Source of the DNA: Thermococcus kodakarensis KOD1
GTDB lineage: Archaea > Methanobacteriota_B > Thermococci > Thermococcales > Thermococcaceae
Direction: 5' to 3'
DNA length: 32,000 nucleotides
Assembly: GCF_000009965.1 (NCBI RefSeq)
Contig: NC_006624.1
Location: forward strand, 60,001 to 92,000
Translations under genes and position numbers: made by a program
Shown: piece by piece, positions 30,286 through 32,000 of the stretch
How the letters are laid out: each line of letters begins with the position of its first letter
Position numbering within the stretch: the first letter of the stretch is position 1
The notes under the pieces: model-generated
What the model was told of the DNA's origin: nothing
The model's database searches: none
The model's input: only the letters and a program-made list of their open reading frames with translations

Positions 30286-30561
30286 ATGAGCGACTACAAC
30301 CTTGTTGGCGTTATAAAGGTCATGCCGACCGACCCGGATGTCAACCTCGACGAGCTCGAGGAGAAGCTTAAGGCAGTCATCCCCGAGAAGTACGGCCTTG
30401 CAAAGGTCGAGAGGGAGCCGATAGCCTTCGGTCTCGTTGCTCTCAAGTTCTACGTCCTCGGAAGGGACGAGGAAGGCTACTCCTTCGACGAGGTTGCAGA
30501 TATCTTCAGACAGGTCGAGAACGTCGAGAGCGCTGAGGTCGAGACCGTTTCGAGGATCTGA
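30286..30561 (+). CDS. ef1b: Translation elongation factor aEF-1 beta
   Basis: MSDYNLVGVIKVMPTDPDVNLDELEEKLKAVIPEKYGLAKVEREPIAFGLVALKFYV...VESAEVETVSRI. RBS aggaggtga. Confidence 0.9.
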   Translation: MSDYNLVGVIKVMPTDPDVNLDELEEKLKAVIPEKYGLAKVEREPIAFGLVALKFYVLGRDEEGYSFDEVADIFRQVENVESAEVETVSRI

Positions 30562-30583
30562 GGGCTCCGCCCTCTTTTACTGA

Positions 30584-31057
30584 TTATCTGCACGGAAAGC
30601 CCCTGCACTTTCTCTCGCCAGTTAATTCGTAGCTCTTCCCGTCGAGGCTGTCCATTATCAGCTTTTTTCCGTCTTCCTCGTACACCCAGAAGACCTTGTA
30701 GGCGAGCTCTTCCCTTATTACCTCAATCCTTGGCAGCCACCACGAGACCACCCTTGAGTTTCCCCAAGTTATTGCGCTCTCGAAGGCCTTCATCCTCGCT
30801 TCTTCTTCCGTAACGAGGGGCTCCATAACGTTTTTCTCGTCAACTTCCCATTCCTCGAGGTCTATAAAGTCGTCTCCCCTCTCCGCACCGAGGCGGTAGA
30901 GGTCTATGTAAGCATAGTAGTCAAAGACCCTGTCCTTCATGCCCAGCCTCTTGTAGAAGAGCCTGAGGTGGTATATCCTGTAGGGATATAGAACAAAGCT
31001 TTCAGCGACCTCTGGTTTAAAGATTGGCCTCATGACCTTAACCTTGATCCCGCCCAT
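30584..31057 (-). CDS. Conserved hypothetical protein, 157 aa
   Basis: Long ORF with host-like codon usage and no competing frame. No motif recognised. Confidence 0.6.
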   Translation of the reverse strand: MGGIKVKVMRPIFKPEVAESFVLYPYRIYHLRLFYKRLGMKDRVFDYYAYIDLYRLGAERGDDFIDLEEWEVDEKNVMEPLVTEEEARMKAFESAITWGNSRVVSWWLPRIEVIREELAYKVFWVYEEDGKKLIMDSLDGKSYELTGERKCRGFPCR

Positions 31058-31187
31058 ATTCTAACACCTTTCTGCAATTCTTGATATTCTCTTACACCAA
31101 ACGTTTCAAACGATAGGTTTATAATTTTTTAGCCATATATGTACAATGCTGGCTTCCAACCAGCATATACATTCAGGGGTGATAAAT

Positions 31188-31367
31188 ATGGGACTTGGCG
31201 CCGAAGGCTGGGCATTGCTTCTGGTTCCAACGATTTTGGGTTTTTTGGTAATGGTTCTGTACGGCTACTGGGACAAGATAACGGGGAAGGAGTACTACGT
31301 AGATGCCGACATTCTGGCCTACGACGAGGATCTCATTGAAGAGCTAAAGAAGGAGGGTAAGGCATGA
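31188..31367 (+). CDS. Small membrane protein coupled to the symporter gene
   Basis: ATG at 31188 after aggggtga. MGLGAEGWALLLVPTILGFLVMVLYGYW. ATGA overlap with the symporter start. Confidence 0.6.
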   Translation: MGLGAEGWALLLVPTILGFLVMVLYGYWDKITGKEYYVDADILAYDEDLIEELKKEGKA

Positions 31368-32000
31368 ACGCGGGTGTGCTCTTTGGATTTCTGATATACC
31401 TTGCCCTCCTAGCTTACATAGGCTGGTGGGCCAACAGGTACACCAAGACCGAAGACCAGTACTTCGTCGGCGGCAGGAAGGTTCACGTTTTAGCAGCTAC
31501 ACTCTCGGACAAGGCCAGTGACTTCTCCGGCTGGTTGATGCTGGGTTATCCTGGAAGCGCATTCAAGGCTGGCCTTGGAGCATTCTGGGCTGGGATAGGC
31601 TGTCTCTTCGGTACGCTGGCTGATTACGTCCTCATTGGTCCGAGGCTCAGGATCTACGCAGGTAAATTTAGGGCAATAACCGTCCCGGACTATCTGGAGG
31701 CCAGGCTTAAGGACGACACCAAGCTCATCAGGATCCTCAGCGCTTTGATCATTATCATCTTCATGACCGCCTACGTAGCTGCGCAGTTCGCGGCCGGCGG
31801 AAAGACCTTTGCGGAGGGCTTTGACGTAAGCGTGAACACTGGAATCATAATAACCGTTATCATCCTGACTGCATACGTTATCACAGGTGGCTTCTTTGCC
31901 GTGGTATGGACTGACGTTGTCCAGGCCCTCTTCATGCTGCTGACCCTCGTTATCGTTCCGTTCCTGGCCCTGGCCAAGATAGGAGGCCTCGACAAGGCGA
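31364..32000 (+). CDS. Sodium:solute symporter (SSS family, PutP/PanF-like), N-terminal part; runs off window
   Basis: MNAGVLFGFLIYLALLAYIGWWANRYTKTEDQYFVGGRKV...SGWLMLGYPG...TVPDYLEARL...AQFAAGGK...GGFFAVVWTDVVQ is open to position 32000. Not in the ORF track because there is no stop in the window. Confidence 0.88.
   Translation, partial: MNAGVLFGFLIYLALLAYIGWWANRYTKTEDQYFVGGRKVHVLAATLSDKASDFSGWLMLGYPGSAFKAGLGAFWAGIGCLFGTLADYVLIGPRLRIYAGKFRAITVPDYLEARLKDDTKLIRILSALIIIIFMTAYVAAQFAAGGKTFAEGFDVSVNTGIIITVIILTAYVITGGFFAVVWTDVVQALFMLLTLVIVPFLALAKIGGLDKA

Overview
The window looks like a Thermococcales (Thermococcus-type) chromosome segment. This call rests on gene content, a CCA-encoding tRNA, GGAGGTGA-type ribosome-binding sites and ATGA-coupled operons. 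Ordinary chromosome lies at both ends. The left end carries the 5' 1.8 kb of an aldehyde:ferredoxin oxidoreductase-family gene on the minus strand, which is missing from the ORF track, followed by about 1 kb of repeat-rich non-coding DNA. The right end carries tRNA-Val(CAC), diphthine synthase, a DtxR-family repressor, a HAD hydrolase, a Zn-ribbon protein, aEF-1beta and a sodium:solute symporter. Between them (2858..26263) is a 23.4-kb integrated element bounded by a perfect 48-bp direct repeat that equals the 3' part of the tRNA-Val gene. The att site lies inside an SSV-type integrase gene, so that gene is split into Int(C) at the left end and Int(N) at the right end. All roughly 38 element genes are on the + strand. 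They form four blocks. (i) A ~13-kb, largely translationally coupled envelope module encodes signal-peptide proteins (one with a LamG/ConA-like fold, one with an S-layer-like domain), a subtilisin-like protease, many small or polytopic membrane proteins, a wHTH protein and a HerA/FtsK-type ATPase. (ii) An AT-richer insert carries a diverged paralog of one secreted protein. (iii) A regulator/replication block encodes a tandem-AbrB protein, an RHH protein and a 914-aa MCM helicase with a long N-terminal extension. (iv) A GC-rich block holds small unknown genes, a candidate PD-(D/E)xK nuclease and a second, catalytic-domain-only tyrosine recombinase. From memory this architecture resembles the pT26-2 plasmid / TKV1-type integrated elements of Thermococcales, whose membrane/ATPase module has no assigned function; I cannot verify that here. 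The best candidate for an undescribed system is that envelope/ATPase module, together with several cis-acting sequence features: a 9-mer iteron cluster inside the MCM gene, twin palindromes at the RHH-MCM promoter, hairpins upstream of the wHTH-ATPase pair, and a palindrome/repeat set at the small recombinase gene.
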